From: Aulosira sp. ZfuVER01
GTDB lineage: Bacteria; Cyanobacteriota; Cyanobacteriia; Cyanobacteriales; Nostocaceae
DNA: 64,000 bases
Reading direction: 5' to 3'
Assembly: GCA_034530615.2 (NCBI GenBank)
Contig: JAVRCV020000059.1
Coordinates: forward strand, 1-64,000
In this document: piece after piece, positions 29,391 through 39,649 of the stretch
How positions within the stretch are numbered: position 1 is the stretch's first letter
How the letters are laid out: every line of letters begins with the position of its first letter
Program-made: the position numbers and the translations under genes
The notes under the pieces: generated by a model
Told to the model about the DNA's origin: nothing
Seen by the model: only the letters and a program-made list of their open reading frames with translations
Databases searched by the model: none

Positions 29391-30689
29391 TTAAGTAGCT
29401 AAAATATCCGCGAGAATATCTAGGGCAATCTGAATTTGGTTGCTATCAATAATTAAAGGCGGACAAAAACGGATTGCGGCTTTACCACAACCAAGCAATA
29501 ACAAACCGCGTAAGAAGGCTTCTTGAATTATGCGATCGCGCATTTGACGATCGAGTTTACCTTCTTCATCCAATAAGTCAACTGCTACCATTAAACCTTT
29601 ACCTCGTGGTGATGATAGCTGAGAAAATCTTTGATGCAATTGGGTTAAACCAGCTTGTAATAACTCTCCCATTTGTAAGGCGTTGGTCATCAAACCACCC
29701 TCCAACAGCCGGAGTGTGGCAATACCAGCAACACAAGCTACTGGATTTCCCCCAAATGTAGTGGCGTGGGCACCAGGAGGCCAAGTCATTAACTCTGGTC
29801 GAGAAAGAATTGCACCCAAAGGTAAACCACTGGCAATACCTTTGGCTGTGGTAATAATATCCGGCATCACGCCCCAATGCTCGATCGCAAATAAGCGACC
29901 AGTACGCCCCATCCCAGATTGCACTTCATCCACTACCATCAAGATGCCGTAGCGATCGCATATATCCCGAATCCGTTGTAAAAAACCTTCTTCTGGGACG
30001 ATATAGCCTCCCTCACCTTGGATTGGTTCAACTACAATTGCTGCTACCTCATCAGGCGGTAAAATTGTCGGGAATAGCTGTTTTTCTAAGTAATCCAAGC
30101 TTGCGTGAGTGCCATAGGGAATATGAGTTACCCCGGGTACAAAAGGCCCAAAATTAGCTCGCTGCACTGCTTTGGAACCAGTCAAAGACATTGCCCCATA
30201 AGTGCGTCCGTGGAATGCACCTAAAAAGGCGACGATTTGCGATCGCTTGGTGTAATATCGCGCTAGTTTAATTGCCCCTTCGTTAGACTCTGCTCCGGAG
30301 TTAGTGAAAAATACCCTTCCACCTTGAGGAAAAGGAGCGCGAACTGCCAACTTTTCTGCCAGTTCTACCATCGGTTCATAATAAAAATCAGTCCCCGACA
30401 TGTGTAGCAGCTGTGCTGACTGGGCTTGAATTGCGGCGACAACTTCCGGGTGCGCGTGTCCGGTGTTGGTAACAGCAATGCCTGCTGTCATATCCAAGAA
30501 AACATTGCCGTCAACGTCTTCTATCATACAGCCTTCACCCCTAGCTACTACCAAGGGATAATCTCTAGTGTAGGAAGGAGAAGTTACAGCGCGATCGCGT
30601 TCTATAATTGCTTGAGCGCGAGGCCCGGGTAAAGCAGTAACCAAGCTAGGCACACGCGGTAAACCCAGATTCACAGAGATACTTAACAT
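29391..30689 (-). CDS. Class-III PLP-dependent aminotransferase (GabT/ArgD/Lat-like)
   Basis: NSGAESNEGAIKLAR, FHGRT, EPIQGEGG, DEVQSGMGRTG, AKGIASG, TFGGNP. Confidence 0.93.
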   Translation of the reverse strand: MLSISVNLGLPRVPSLVTALPGPRAQAIIERDRAVTSPSYTRDYPLVVARGEGCMIEDVDGNVFLDMTAGIAVTNTGHAHPEVVAAIQAQSAQLLHMSGTDFYYEPMVELAEKLAVRAPFPQGGRVFFTNSGAESNEGAIKLARYYTKRSQIVAFLGAFHGRTYGAMSLTGSKAVQRANFGPFVPGVTHIPYGTHASLDYLEKQLFPTILPPDEVAAIVVEPIQGEGGYIVPEEGFLQRIRDICDRYGILMVVDEVQSGMGRTGRLFAIEHWGVMPDIITTAKGIASGLPLGAILSRPELMTWPPGAHATTFGGNPVACVAGIATLRLLEGGLMTNALQMGELLQAGLTQLHQRFSQLSSPRGKGLMVAVDLLDEEGKLDRQMRDRIIQEAFLRGLLLLGCGKAAIRFCPPLIIDSNQIQIALDILADILAT

Positions 30690-31155
30690 AATTTAGATTT
30701 TTTTAAGATAATGTTTGATTAAAAGCCTAGCTCTCAACTATTGCAGTAGCATTTGTTTCTCTTTGTCAAAGATTTATACTCAGCCTGCGTATAGTAAAGC
30801 AGAAGCCAAAAAATAGGCTGGTCAGCAAAATTCTACTAATTTAAAGTTTGAAGTAAACACATCACAGTAGTGCTGAGTAGAAAGTTCTGAGTAACGGGTA
30901 AAACCTCATAACTAAATTTGCTCGGCACTGTTTCGGTGACGCAAACACCCTGTGTCGGACAATCTTATATCATGTCCGCTAAATTTACCATAACAATTAC
31001 TTGACAAATGTGCCTAATAGCCCAGTTCGGTTATAGGGCAATACAAATACGTCCTAAAGAACACTGATAAGATGATTGTATAAATTAAAAGATTGTAGGT
31101 ATTCCCGACAATCTTTATTAAATGAATCGTATTAAGGTATGGGGAAAATTCCCCA

Positions 31156-31196
31156 TATTAAAAAACCATGCCCCTTGTAGGCATGGTTTTTTAATA
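31156..31196 (-). terminator. Strong hairpin terminator downstream of the RND gene
   Basis: tattaaaaaaccatgcc-ccttgta-ggcatggttttttaata, a perfect 17-bp inverted repeat. Confidence 0.85.
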
Positions 31197-31197
31197 G

Positions 31198-34100
31198 TTA
31201 AAAACGAGTTGATTGGGGAACCTTACCATCATGGGTAGGTTCTGGGAGTAGCGGTGGCTGACGATGAGGACGAAAGCGATCGCGGATTCTGCTGACTACG
31301 ATATATAAAATCGGCACGACAAACAGACTCAATAAAGTAGAAACAATCATCCCACCAGCTACAGCTGTACCTAGAGATTGTCTGCTAGCTGCACCTGCAC
31401 CTTCAGCTTCGACTAAGGGAAAAATACCCAAGATGAACGACAAGGAAGTCATGAGAATCGGGCGTAAGCGTTCCTCAGAAGCTTGAATTGCTGCTTTGAC
31501 TAGAGGAACACCGCGTTCTCGCAGTTGGTTAGCAAATTCCACAATTAAAATGGCATTTTTACTAGCCAAACCAATCAACATTACCAGACCAACCTGGCAG
31601 AAAACATCGTTGGCTAGACCTCGCAATGACTGAGCCGATAATGCCCCTAAGATAGCTAGGGGAACGGCAAACATAATAATCAGTGGATCGACATAGTTCT
31701 CATACTGTGCAGCCAGTACCAAAAACACGAAGACCAATCCCAATCCAAAAATTAAGGGTGCTAAACCTCCAGATTGTTGTTCTTCAGCTGTAATCCCTGA
31801 CCATTCATAACCCATACTTGCGGGCAACACCTCTTTCGCCAATTGCTCCATTGCCTTGGTTGCTTGTCCAGAACTGAAACCAGGTGCAGCGGAACCGTTA
31901 ATTTCAATCGAACGGAACAAGTTGTAGTGAGTAATGGTTTGCGCTCCTGTAGTGGGAGTAACTTTCACTAAGTTACTGAGAGGTATCATCTGATTGGTAG
32001 CAGAGCGCACATACAACTTACCAATATCTTCAGGGTTAGAGCGGAATTTTGCATCTGCTTGTACGTAAACTCGGTAAGTCCGCTGTAACAAATTAAAGTC
32101 GTTGACATACCGCGAACCCAAATAACTTTGTAAGGTATTAAAGATGTCGTTGACTTTCACTTGCAGGGCTTTGGCTTTGCTGCGGTCTACTTCAATTACC
32201 ATCTGCGGTGTATTCGCACTAAATGTGCTAAACACAGCTTGCAATCCTGGTGTTTGATTACCGCGTTGGAGTAACTGACCCATAACTTGCGTCATTGTAC
32301 CCAAGCCATTGTTACCGGCTCTATCTTGTAGCTCAAATTGAAAGCCACCAAAACTACCTAAACCTTGAATCGCTGGGGGGTTAACTGGTAAAATTCTTGC
32401 TTCGGGAATTGCCGATAGCACTCCCCGGAGTTTATTCATAATGGCTTGTGCTGATTGCTCCTCACCAGTGCGCTCATTCCAAGGTTTGAGGGTAGTAAAA
32501 ATTGCACCACTGTTAGCAGTATTACCACTGAAACCAAAGCCACCAATAGCGAAAGTACCAACTACTTCCGGTATTTTCAGGATTTCTTTTTCTACCTGAG
32601 CCATGACGTTGCTGGTGTAGTTGAGCGAAACACCTTCTGGCCCTTGGATAATCGTGATGAAATAGCCTTGGTCTTCTTCTGGAAGAAAGGCGGTAGGTAC
32701 GCGGGTATACACCCAGGCTGTCAACCCTAAGGACAGAACAAATAGCAAGACAACGATCGCAGCAAAGCGGTTTAAACGAAACAGCGATCGCTCGTACCCT
32801 CTGCGTATCCAATCGATAAATCTATTGACTACCCCGAAAATCTTGCCTAACCAACCACGAGGTCTTTGTCCGCGACGTAGCAGTAAGGCGGAGAGGGAAG
32901 GCGTGAGAGTTAGAGCTAAAAAGGTGGAAATGGCAATCGAAAAGGCGATCGTCAGCGCGAATTGTTTGTAAATCTGCCCTGTGGAGCCAGGAAAGAATGC
33001 TACAGGAACAAATACAGCCATTAATACCAAAGAAGTGGCAAGTACCGCCCCGAACAACTCGCGCATGGATTCGGAGGCTGCTTGGCGTGGTGGCATCCCC
33101 TCATCCTCAATCAAGCGGGCAATGTTCTCCACAACGATGATGGCGTCATCCACGACTAACCCTGTAGCCAAGGTGATACCAAACATCGTTAATGTGTTGA
33201 TCGAAAACCCAAATGCTTTGATAAAGGCGAATGTACCAACCAACGCTAGGGGAATTACAATCACTGGAATCAACGTTGTGCGCCAGTCTTGCAAGAACAG
33301 GAAAATCACCAAAACCACAAGTGCGATCGCTTCTATCAGCGTCTTCACAACTTCTGATAGAGAGGCTTCCACGAAAGATGTGGTATCAAAAGCTACTTGA
33401 TATTTCATCCCTGGCGGAAAGCTTTGTGCAAGTTTCACCATTTCTGCTTTCACCGCCTTCGCCACATCCAAGGCGTTACTCCCTGGAGTCGGAAATATCC
33501 CTATACCAACACCTTCGTTACCTCGAAATCGCAGAAACGAGTTATAGTTTTCTGCTCCTAGTTCCGCTCTACCTACATCTTTGAGTGTAATCAGCGAGCC
33601 ATCAGCAGCAGTTTTCAGAACTATATTGTCAAATTCTGAGACCTCTGTCAGCCTACTAACAGCTCTCAAGTCTATTTGATAAATCTGATCCTTATCTGTA
33701 GGTTGCTGTCCAATTTGCCCTGCACCTACCTGCAAGTTTTGCTCGTTGAGTGCATCAATTACATCTTGGGCGGTGAGATTGCGGCTAGCAAGACGGTTAG
33801 GATCGAGCCACAGACGCATAGCGTAGCGGCGTTCGCCAAAAATCCGCGCCTCACTCACACCTTTGATTCTTTTGAGGGCATCTACTAAATATAAATCGGC
33901 GTAGTTGCTTAAAAATACGTTGTCAAAAGCCTGTTTCTCGGCATACAACCCCATCGCTAAGAGGATGTTGTTAGATTGTTTGCTAACAGTAACTCCAGTT
34001 CGCTGTACGGCGTCTGGTAACAACGGTTGTGCAACAGAAACTCGATTTTGTATATCTACCGCCGCAATATCTTTATTGCGCTCGGCATCAAATGTAACAG

Positions 34101-34374
34101 TAATTGTACTAGTACCGTTGTTACTACTGTTTGAGGTCATGTATTTAATGCCCTCAACCCCGTTAATTTGGCGCTCTAAAACAGTCGTGACGGTATTTTC
34201 GACAACTTCAGCACTTGCACCCACATAATTAGCAGTCACGTTAATTTGCGTTGGGCTAATTTCTGGATAGCGGGCTGTGGGCAGCGTGGGGATGCTGATT
34301 GCTCCTACCAAAAGGATGATGATGGAGCAGACACTGGTAAATACAGGTCGCCTGATAAAGAAGTCAACAAACAT
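31198..34374 (-). CDS. RND efflux permease (AcrB/HAE1 family)
   Basis: FFIRRPVF, GLVVDDAIIVVEN, GLASKNAILIVEFA, RLRPILMTS. Confidence 0.97.
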   Translation of the reverse strand: MFVDFFIRRPVFTSVCSIIILLVGAISIPTLPTARYPEISPTQINVTANYVGASAEVVENTVTTVLERQINGVEGIKYMTSNSSNNGTSTITVTFDAERNKDIAAVDIQNRVSVAQPLLPDAVQRTGVTVSKQSNNILLAMGLYAEKQAFDNVFLSNYADLYLVDALKRIKGVSEARIFGERRYAMRLWLDPNRLASRNLTAQDVIDALNEQNLQVGAGQIGQQPTDKDQIYQIDLRAVSRLTEVSEFDNIVLKTAADGSLITLKDVGRAELGAENYNSFLRFRGNEGVGIGIFPTPGSNALDVAKAVKAEMVKLAQSFPPGMKYQVAFDTTSFVEASLSEVVKTLIEAIALVVLVIFLFLQDWRTTLIPVIVIPLALVGTFAFIKAFGFSINTLTMFGITLATGLVVDDAIIVVENIARLIEDEGMPPRQAASESMRELFGAVLATSLVLMAVFVPVAFFPGSTGQIYKQFALTIAFSIAISTFLALTLTPSLSALLLRRGQRPRGWLGKIFGVVNRFIDWIRRGYERSLFRLNRFAAIVVLLFVLSLGLTAWVYTRVPTAFLPEEDQGYFITIIQGPEGVSLNYTSNVMAQVEKEILKIPEVVGTFAIGGFGFSGNTANSGAIFTTLKPWNERTGEEQSAQAIMNKLRGVLSAIPEARILPVNPPAIQGLGSFGGFQFELQDRAGNNGLGTMTQVMGQLLQRGNQTPGLQAVFSTFSANTPQMVIEVDRSKAKALQVKVNDIFNTLQSYLGSRYVNDFNLLQRTYRVYVQADAKFRSNPEDIGKLYVRSATNQMIPLSNLVKVTPTTGAQTITHYNLFRSIEINGSAAPGFSSGQATKAMEQLAKEVLPASMGYEWSGITAEEQQSGGLAPLIFGLGLVFVFLVLAAQYENYVDPLIIMFAVPLAILGALSAQSLRGLANDVFCQVGLVMLIGLASKNAILIVEFANQLRERGVPLVKAAIQASEERLRPILMTSLSFILGIFPLVEAEGAGAASRQSLGTAVAGGMIVSTLLSLFVVPILYIVVSRIRDRFRPHRQPPLLPEPTHDGKVPQSTRF

Positions 34375-34394
34375 ATAAATCGTTGCTTAAGTAT

Positions 34395-34535
34395 TGGGTA
34401 TTGGGCATGGGGCATGGGGCATTGAGGCATGAGAAAAATAGGGCAATGGGGCATTCCCCCTTGTCAACGCCACTTGCTACAACGGAGGGAACCTCCGCAA
34501 CGCAGTGGCTCCTCCTGGTCTTCCCTTGTCCCCTT
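34395..34535. repeat. STRR tracts with an inserted SDR hairpin element (34466-34511)
   Basis: gggcatg/gggcatt repeats; aacgccacttgctacaacggagggaacctccgcaacgcagtggctc. Confidence 0.75.
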
Positions 34536-34549
34536 CTAGCCTCCAGTCT

Positions 34550-35863
34550 CTACTCTGGAATCACAGGAACACCATCTCTCAGATTCAGTAACCCTGAGAC
34601 GATAATTTTTTCTTCTGGCTGCAATCCTTCCAGAACTTGGTAATTATTGCCTTGGATATTGCCTAATTTCACCTGTTGTTGCCGAGCTACTAATTGGGAA
34701 TTACCTTGTGGAGTATTTTCTGTTTGCGCTACATAAGCAAATGTTTCACCCGCTACACGAGATACTGCTGTTGTGGGAATTAAAACTCCAGATTTCCGAT
34801 TCCAAATCACTCTAGCCCGCACTAATTGATCTGCCCGCAATTTACCTTGTGAGTTATTCAATAGTGCTTTGACTAGGATTGATTGAGTACCATTACCGAT
34901 ATTTGGCGAAATAAAGAATATTTTACTTTTACCTAGAGGTTGCCCTTGAGCATCCATGACTTCTACTGGTAATCCTTGACGCAATTGAGAACCACGCTCA
35001 AGCGGGACAGAGATGTTGACTTCCAAAGGTTGATTTTGAGTGATTGTAGCTAACTGTGTGGAAGTATTCACAAAATCACCGACTTTTACGGGAATTTCAC
35101 CAACTGTCCCAGCAAAAGGAGCAGTAATTTTGTAGTACTGAAGCTCAACTACTTGTTGATTGGTATTTGCTTCTGCTTGCTGCAAAGCTTTTTCTGCCTG
35201 GGTTATGGTTGCTTGCTGTGCTTGAATTTTGGAATCTATGGCAGCAAGTTGCGCTTTGGCTGTGGCGAGACGATTGGCGTACTGCTCCTTAGTCTGTCGG
35301 GAAACTGCGCCTTGTTCAGCCAGATTAGTGTACCTGTCATAATCTTGCTGGTTCAATCGCACATCAGCAACATTTGATAAGCGATCGGCTTGTAAGGATT
35401 TGAGTGTGGCGAGGGCATTTTGTAGCTGCGCTCTGGCTGCTTGTGAACCGGCATTTAACCCACTAACTGCTGCTTGCTGCTGTCTTGGATCTACTTGAAT
35501 AATTGGCGTTCCCTGAGCCACTTTATCTCCCGATCGCACAAATATCTGCGTGACTTGTCCTTGAATTCGCGGTTGCAACCTAACTGAACGCCGGGATTCT
35601 AGGTTAGCAATAAAATCTGAACTCTCCTCAATTGTGCCTGTTTGTACAGGTGCTACCTTGACTCTTACCCCTGGTGGAGCATTATTTGGTGCAGCAGCTT
35701 GATGTTGAGGAGTTACCAAACGCCAAACTATAGCTGTACCACCACCAAGCAATAATAGTGCAGCTAACACTAACCGCAGCCACCGCCATTTTTGTGGAGG
35801 TGGCTCAAATGACGGCTCTGGAACCCGTTCTTCAAAATCAGTTTGATGTTCAGGGGATGTCAT
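34550..35863 (-). CDS. RND efflux periplasmic adaptor (MFP)
   Basis: N-terminal TM, lipoyl halves (PRIQGQV..; ITAPFAGTVG), coiled coil; co-oriented upstream of the RND gene. Confidence 0.95.
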   Translation of the reverse strand: MTSPEHQTDFEERVPEPSFEPPPQKWRWLRLVLAALLLLGGGTAIVWRLVTPQHQAAAPNNAPPGVRVKVAPVQTGTIEESSDFIANLESRRSVRLQPRIQGQVTQIFVRSGDKVAQGTPIIQVDPRQQQAAVSGLNAGSQAARAQLQNALATLKSLQADRLSNVADVRLNQQDYDRYTNLAEQGAVSRQTKEQYANRLATAKAQLAAIDSKIQAQQATITQAEKALQQAEANTNQQVVELQYYKITAPFAGTVGEIPVKVGDFVNTSTQLATITQNQPLEVNISVPLERGSQLRQGLPVEVMDAQGQPLGKSKIFFISPNIGNGTQSILVKALLNNSQGKLRADQLVRARVIWNRKSGVLIPTTAVSRVAGETFAYVAQTENTPQGNSQLVARQQQVKLGNIQGNNYQVLEGLQPEEKIIVSGLLNLRDGVPVIPE

Positions 35864-36403
35864 GGTATGCAGAGAACCTAAAAAAATTAAAGCTGATTGA
35901 AATTTAATTTACTGATTTAGCATGAAGCTTGATGAGAAATTATCTGATATACCATCTCAAATATACTCCCTTGATAACTTACGCTAATCTACCAAAAGGT
36001 GAGATATAAAATCTAGTTTACAAATATAATTAGGCTGCTGTCTTTTCAATTCTTGCGAAAAATGTTCGATTCTTGCTAACAGGCGATCGCTTCTGAAGAT
36101 ATTGCTAGTAATAAATGTAATTTATTATTCTACTTATATACTGTTAAAATTTTATTTTTTACACTTAACTACTCTAGTAAATAAATATAAAATCCCCCGG
36201 CAGAGAGCATTTGGAGAGAAAATTATTCAAAAAGCTATTTGTTTATCATGTATCTCCAATAACATTACTTAATAAAAGTGCTAAAGCTAAGATAGTTATC
36301 CTTTGATGACTAATCCAAGATGAGGCAGATATAAGGTAGCTTGCTATATCTACCTCTATAGAATGGCAAAATTTGCTCTGGAATACTAAATACATACTTC
36401 ATA

Positions 36404-36512
36404 TATAGGACTCCTATTTGATTTTTGAACAAATTCCGTATACTTCAATTTCTCCATTCCCTTTTCCGTGCGTCTATGAGTGATTTCTGAGAATCATGTC
36501 GGATTGCTACAT
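36404..36512. mobile_element. Degenerate MITE-like element
   Basis: Imperfect terminal IRs tataggactcctatttgatttttgaa / ttctgagaatcatgtcggattgctaca. Confidence 0.45.
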
Positions 36513-36586
36513 ATTAGCTAAGTAATAAAAAATCAATTTTTTTATATTTTTGATACAAAGCACTTACTATGGAAATTTATTTAGCA

Positions 36587-36711
36587 TAAGTAGTTAAACA
36601 TAATGAATTACACAATGTCATTGCGAATGGAGCGAAGCGAAATGAAGCAATCGCAAGGGCTGGGATTGCTTCGCTTCGCAATGACTGTAATTAATTTTGC
36701 TTAGTTACTTA
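36587..36711. mobile_element. MITE-like element (125 bp) with 26-bp imperfect TIRs and an internal REP-like hairpin
   Basis: taagtagttaaacataatgaattaca / tgtaattaattttgcttagttactta (21/26 complementary); core gtcattgcgaa..gaagcaatc..gattgcttc..ttcgcaatgac. Confidence 0.75.
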
Positions 36712-36752
36712 CTGAGTCAGAAAAACCTCTTTCTTGAGAAAGTTGTGTTTAT

Positions 36753-39107
36753 ATGAAGAAACACTTTTTGTGTTTTGCTTTATTGATTTCCGGCTTATTT
36801 GTCGAAACTCTAAAGTTCTTTAAGTCTAAAGTAGTTTTCATTGTTTCTACAATAAGTTCCATTTTTTATCGTAAAAAATCTTTGGAAATGAGAAATACTA
36901 TGCCATCTATCGAAGAACAGCGTATAGGCTTATATAACAATAGCGGAGTTTATTACCCCGATGGATTAACGTGGAAGTTTAATATAGAAATCAGAATACG
37001 AGTTTCTCCTGTCGTTATTAATCAAGTAGTTTACGTTATCAACGACAAAGGTACTTTCTATGCAATAGATACCCGAACTAGAAAAGCAAAGTGGAATTGT
37101 CAAACATCAGAAGTAGCGAAATGGTTTGAAACAGCCCTTTATCGGCGCTTTCCACCAACAATAGTTGATAATATTGGCTACATCAGTAACAATAATCAGT
37201 TGTATGGAATAGACCTGAAAACAGGTAGAGCTAAATGGACATTTACCACACCAGGCGCAGTGGAATCATCGCCTGTTGTCGCAGATGGTGTTGTTTATAT
37301 AGCTAGTAACTTTACAGAAACGCACTGGCCAAAAACCGAGCATCCTTCCACACCTACTATGGATGTGTACGGTTATCTCCAGGCTGTGGATATTGCTACC
37401 CAGCAAGTAATATGGCAATTTGAAAAACCCAATGGAGTTAGTTCTCTTGCTGTTGCTGATGGCACAGTCTACATTTTCGCATTTGGTAGTTTCTGGGCAC
37501 TGGATAGTGCTTCATCTGCGGTACGGTGGCAGTTTAACAAACACAATCACAGTTTTTTGGCTCCAGTGGTTGTTAATGGAATAGTTTATGTTAGCTGTCC
37601 GTCTTACTATTTCCATACGAAAAGTTCAGTTGTTGCTTTACAGAGTGCCAACGGAAAAGTTATGTGGGAATTCCAAACAAACAGTTATATCTCCACAAGT
37701 CCGTTAGTCACTGATGACATGGTTTACGTTAGCACTAGAGATGGATATCTTTTAGCTCTCAACAAAGAAACAGGGCAATTACAGTGGAATTTTTATCGTG
37801 GCGATCGCAACATCACTTCCCCTAGTATCGCTGAGGGAATAGTTTATTTCAGCAGTGAAGATGGAAATCTTTATGCCTTATCCAGCACTACAGGCCAGCA
37901 ACTGTGGAAGTTCACAACAAGAGGTGCAGGGTTTTCATCTCCTGCTGTTGCTGCTGGAATGGTTTATTTTGGCAGTGAAGATGGCTGTCTATACGCCATT
38001 GATACTAAAACAGCACTGATTAACCAAATCGTTTCATCTGCATTAATTCCTATAGAGCCTGTACCAGAGCCGCCAATTAACTCAGATGGAGCTATGTATC
38101 GTGCTAATCCACAGCAAACAGGTGTTTACATTACTAGAGGCGTTCATCAAGTTGTTGGCTTGAAGTGGAAATTATCGCTGGATACATATTTATCATCTCC
38201 CCCTATTGTTGCAAATGGAATAGTTTATGTTGGCGGCAGTAACTCTCATCTTTATGCTATAGATGCTGAGGTTGGAAAACAAATATGGCAGTTTAAAGCA
38301 ACTTCTGGAATCCATTCTTCTGCTGCTATTGCTGATGGCATGGTTTACATTGGAAGTGATTCTTTGTATGCACTTTCTGCAACGACTGGACAAGAGCAGT
38401 GGTCAATCAAACTCAGAAGCGCTTCGTCTGCTGCTGTTGTTAATGGCACAATCTATGTTTACAGCAGAAACAAAGGCGGATCAGACAATCTCTCTGCCCT
38501 GTCGTGTCGGAATGGACAACTAAAGTGGTCTAGCCAAAATGTATTCAGGCGTGGCGCTTGCCCTTTAATAGATGATGGAATCGTTTTAGTACGCAATTAT
38601 CAAGTAGAGGCGCTTTCTCTCGCTACAGGAGAAGTTGCTTGGCAGTTTAAGACTCAACAGAACGATGATATCTTATCAGCTATTTCTGATGGAACAGTTT
38701 ACATGTGCAATGGACAGAAAAATTTCTATGCAGCTGATATAAGTACTGGAGAGGTGAAGTGGAACTTTAGTCCAGAAAAAACCTGGTTGCTTCCTACTCC
38801 AGCGATTTTTGATGACACAGTTTATACTATCGGCGAAAATACTCATACACTCTACGCACTTTCCTGCACAACTGGGGAAGAGAAGTGGCAGTTTACAACG
38901 GATACTAAGATACAAACACCTCCGACTATTGCTGACGGAATTGTTTACTTAGGAACCTTTAGGGGTCATATCTATGCAGTAGACACTCAAACAGGACGAC
39001 AACTATGGAAGTGGGAAATAGGAACTTCATTGTACTCTGAACTAGCGATCGCCTCAGGGGTAATCTATACTACGGGCTATGATGGGAAGCTTTACGCGCT
39101 CAGTTAA
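36753..39107 (+). CDS. PQQ-like (BamB-type) beta-propeller repeat protein with two tandem propellers
   Basis: Repeated SSP.V.DG.VY.GS.DG.LYALD..TG...W.F motifs. Start uncertain (36753 or 36888/36900). Confidence 0.9.
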   Translation: MKKHFLCFALLISGLFVETLKFFKSKVVFIVSTISSIFYRKKSLEMRNTMPSIEEQRIGLYNNSGVYYPDGLTWKFNIEIRIRVSPVVINQVVYVINDKGTFYAIDTRTRKAKWNCQTSEVAKWFETALYRRFPPTIVDNIGYISNNNQLYGIDLKTGRAKWTFTTPGAVESSPVVADGVVYIASNFTETHWPKTEHPSTPTMDVYGYLQAVDIATQQVIWQFEKPNGVSSLAVADGTVYIFAFGSFWALDSASSAVRWQFNKHNHSFLAPVVVNGIVYVSCPSYYFHTKSSVVALQSANGKVMWEFQTNSYISTSPLVTDDMVYVSTRDGYLLALNKETGQLQWNFYRGDRNITSPSIAEGIVYFSSEDGNLYALSSTTGQQLWKFTTRGAGFSSPAVAAGMVYFGSEDGCLYAIDTKTALINQIVSSALIPIEPVPEPPINSDGAMYRANPQQTGVYITRGVHQVVGLKWKLSLDTYLSSPPIVANGIVYVGGSNSHLYAIDAEVGKQIWQFKATSGIHSSAAIADGMVYIGSDSLYALSATTGQEQWSIKLRSASSAAVVNGTIYVYSRNKGGSDNLSALSCRNGQLKWSSQNVFRRGACPLIDDGIVLVRNYQVEALSLATGEVAWQFKTQQNDDILSAISDGTVYMCNGQKNFYAADISTGEVKWNFSPEKTWLLPTPAIFDDTVYTIGENTHTLYALSCTTGEEKWQFTTDTKIQTPPTIADGIVYLGTFRGHIYAVDTQTGRQLWKWEIGTSLYSELAIASGVIYTTGYDGKLYALS

Positions 39108-39148
39108 ATTAAGCTGAAAGCACCAGCCCAATAAGTCTTTCAGCCGAA

Positions 39149-39388
39149 TTATGGCTCAAGCGCTTTGGAGATGGAAGCCAAGCGATCGCGCTGTCTTAAC
39201 CAAGCTTCACATACTTGTTTGGTCAGCCGGATTTCTTCGTCAGTCAAAAGCTCATCCGTTTTTTTTTCGGCTAGAATTTTAGCGACTTTAGCGGCTTGAT
39301 GGTATTCAACGCCATATTTAACTAATTCTGTGTGCCAAAATTGCTGATTTTTTTGTAACGATTTATGTTTCTCTGTAAAATAAGTCAT
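39149..39388 (-). CDS. Small hypothetical protein
   Basis: 79 aa ATG-started ORF with helical composition; no recognised motif. Confidence 0.65.
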   Translation of the reverse strand: MTYFTEKHKSLQKNQQFWHTELVKYGVEYHQAAKVAKILAEKKTDELLTDEEIRLTKQVCEAWLRQRDRLASISKALEP

Positions 39389-39546
39389 TTTTATGATATG
39401 TATCTTGTCTCCTATACTCTAATTTCTAAAATTTGTAAACAAATTACTTCTTACTCCAGATAGATAAAGGGATCAACTTAATATTTCTTTTATATTCTGA
39501 AACAAAACTGCTTATATCTTAAAGCAAGTTCATTTTTAAACTAAAA

Positions 39547-39579
39547 AAATAGCTCTGTGAATCATTCACAGAGCTATTT
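39547..39579 (-). terminator. Intrinsic terminator downstream of the pirin gene
   Basis: aaatagctctgtgaat-c-attcacagagctattt, with a T-run on the minus strand. Confidence 0.8.
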
Positions 39580-39649
39580 AAACGAGCATATTGTCTTCTA
39601 AAACGCAGTCAACCCGAACTGTACTACCCTGTAGTATGCAAACTTGGGA

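Noticed and set aside
29173..29394. 73-aa ORF (LPTLPT, PPCPPC)
   Set aside because: Translation of intergenic STRR tracts.
30690..31150. Lysine riboswitch upstream of the aminotransferase
   Set aside because: The minus-strand leader lacks recognisable L-box elements; an Infernal search would settle it.
32455..34643. Multiple + strand ORFs overlapping the RND genes
   Set aside because: Antisense shadows of a well-supported CDS, without motifs.
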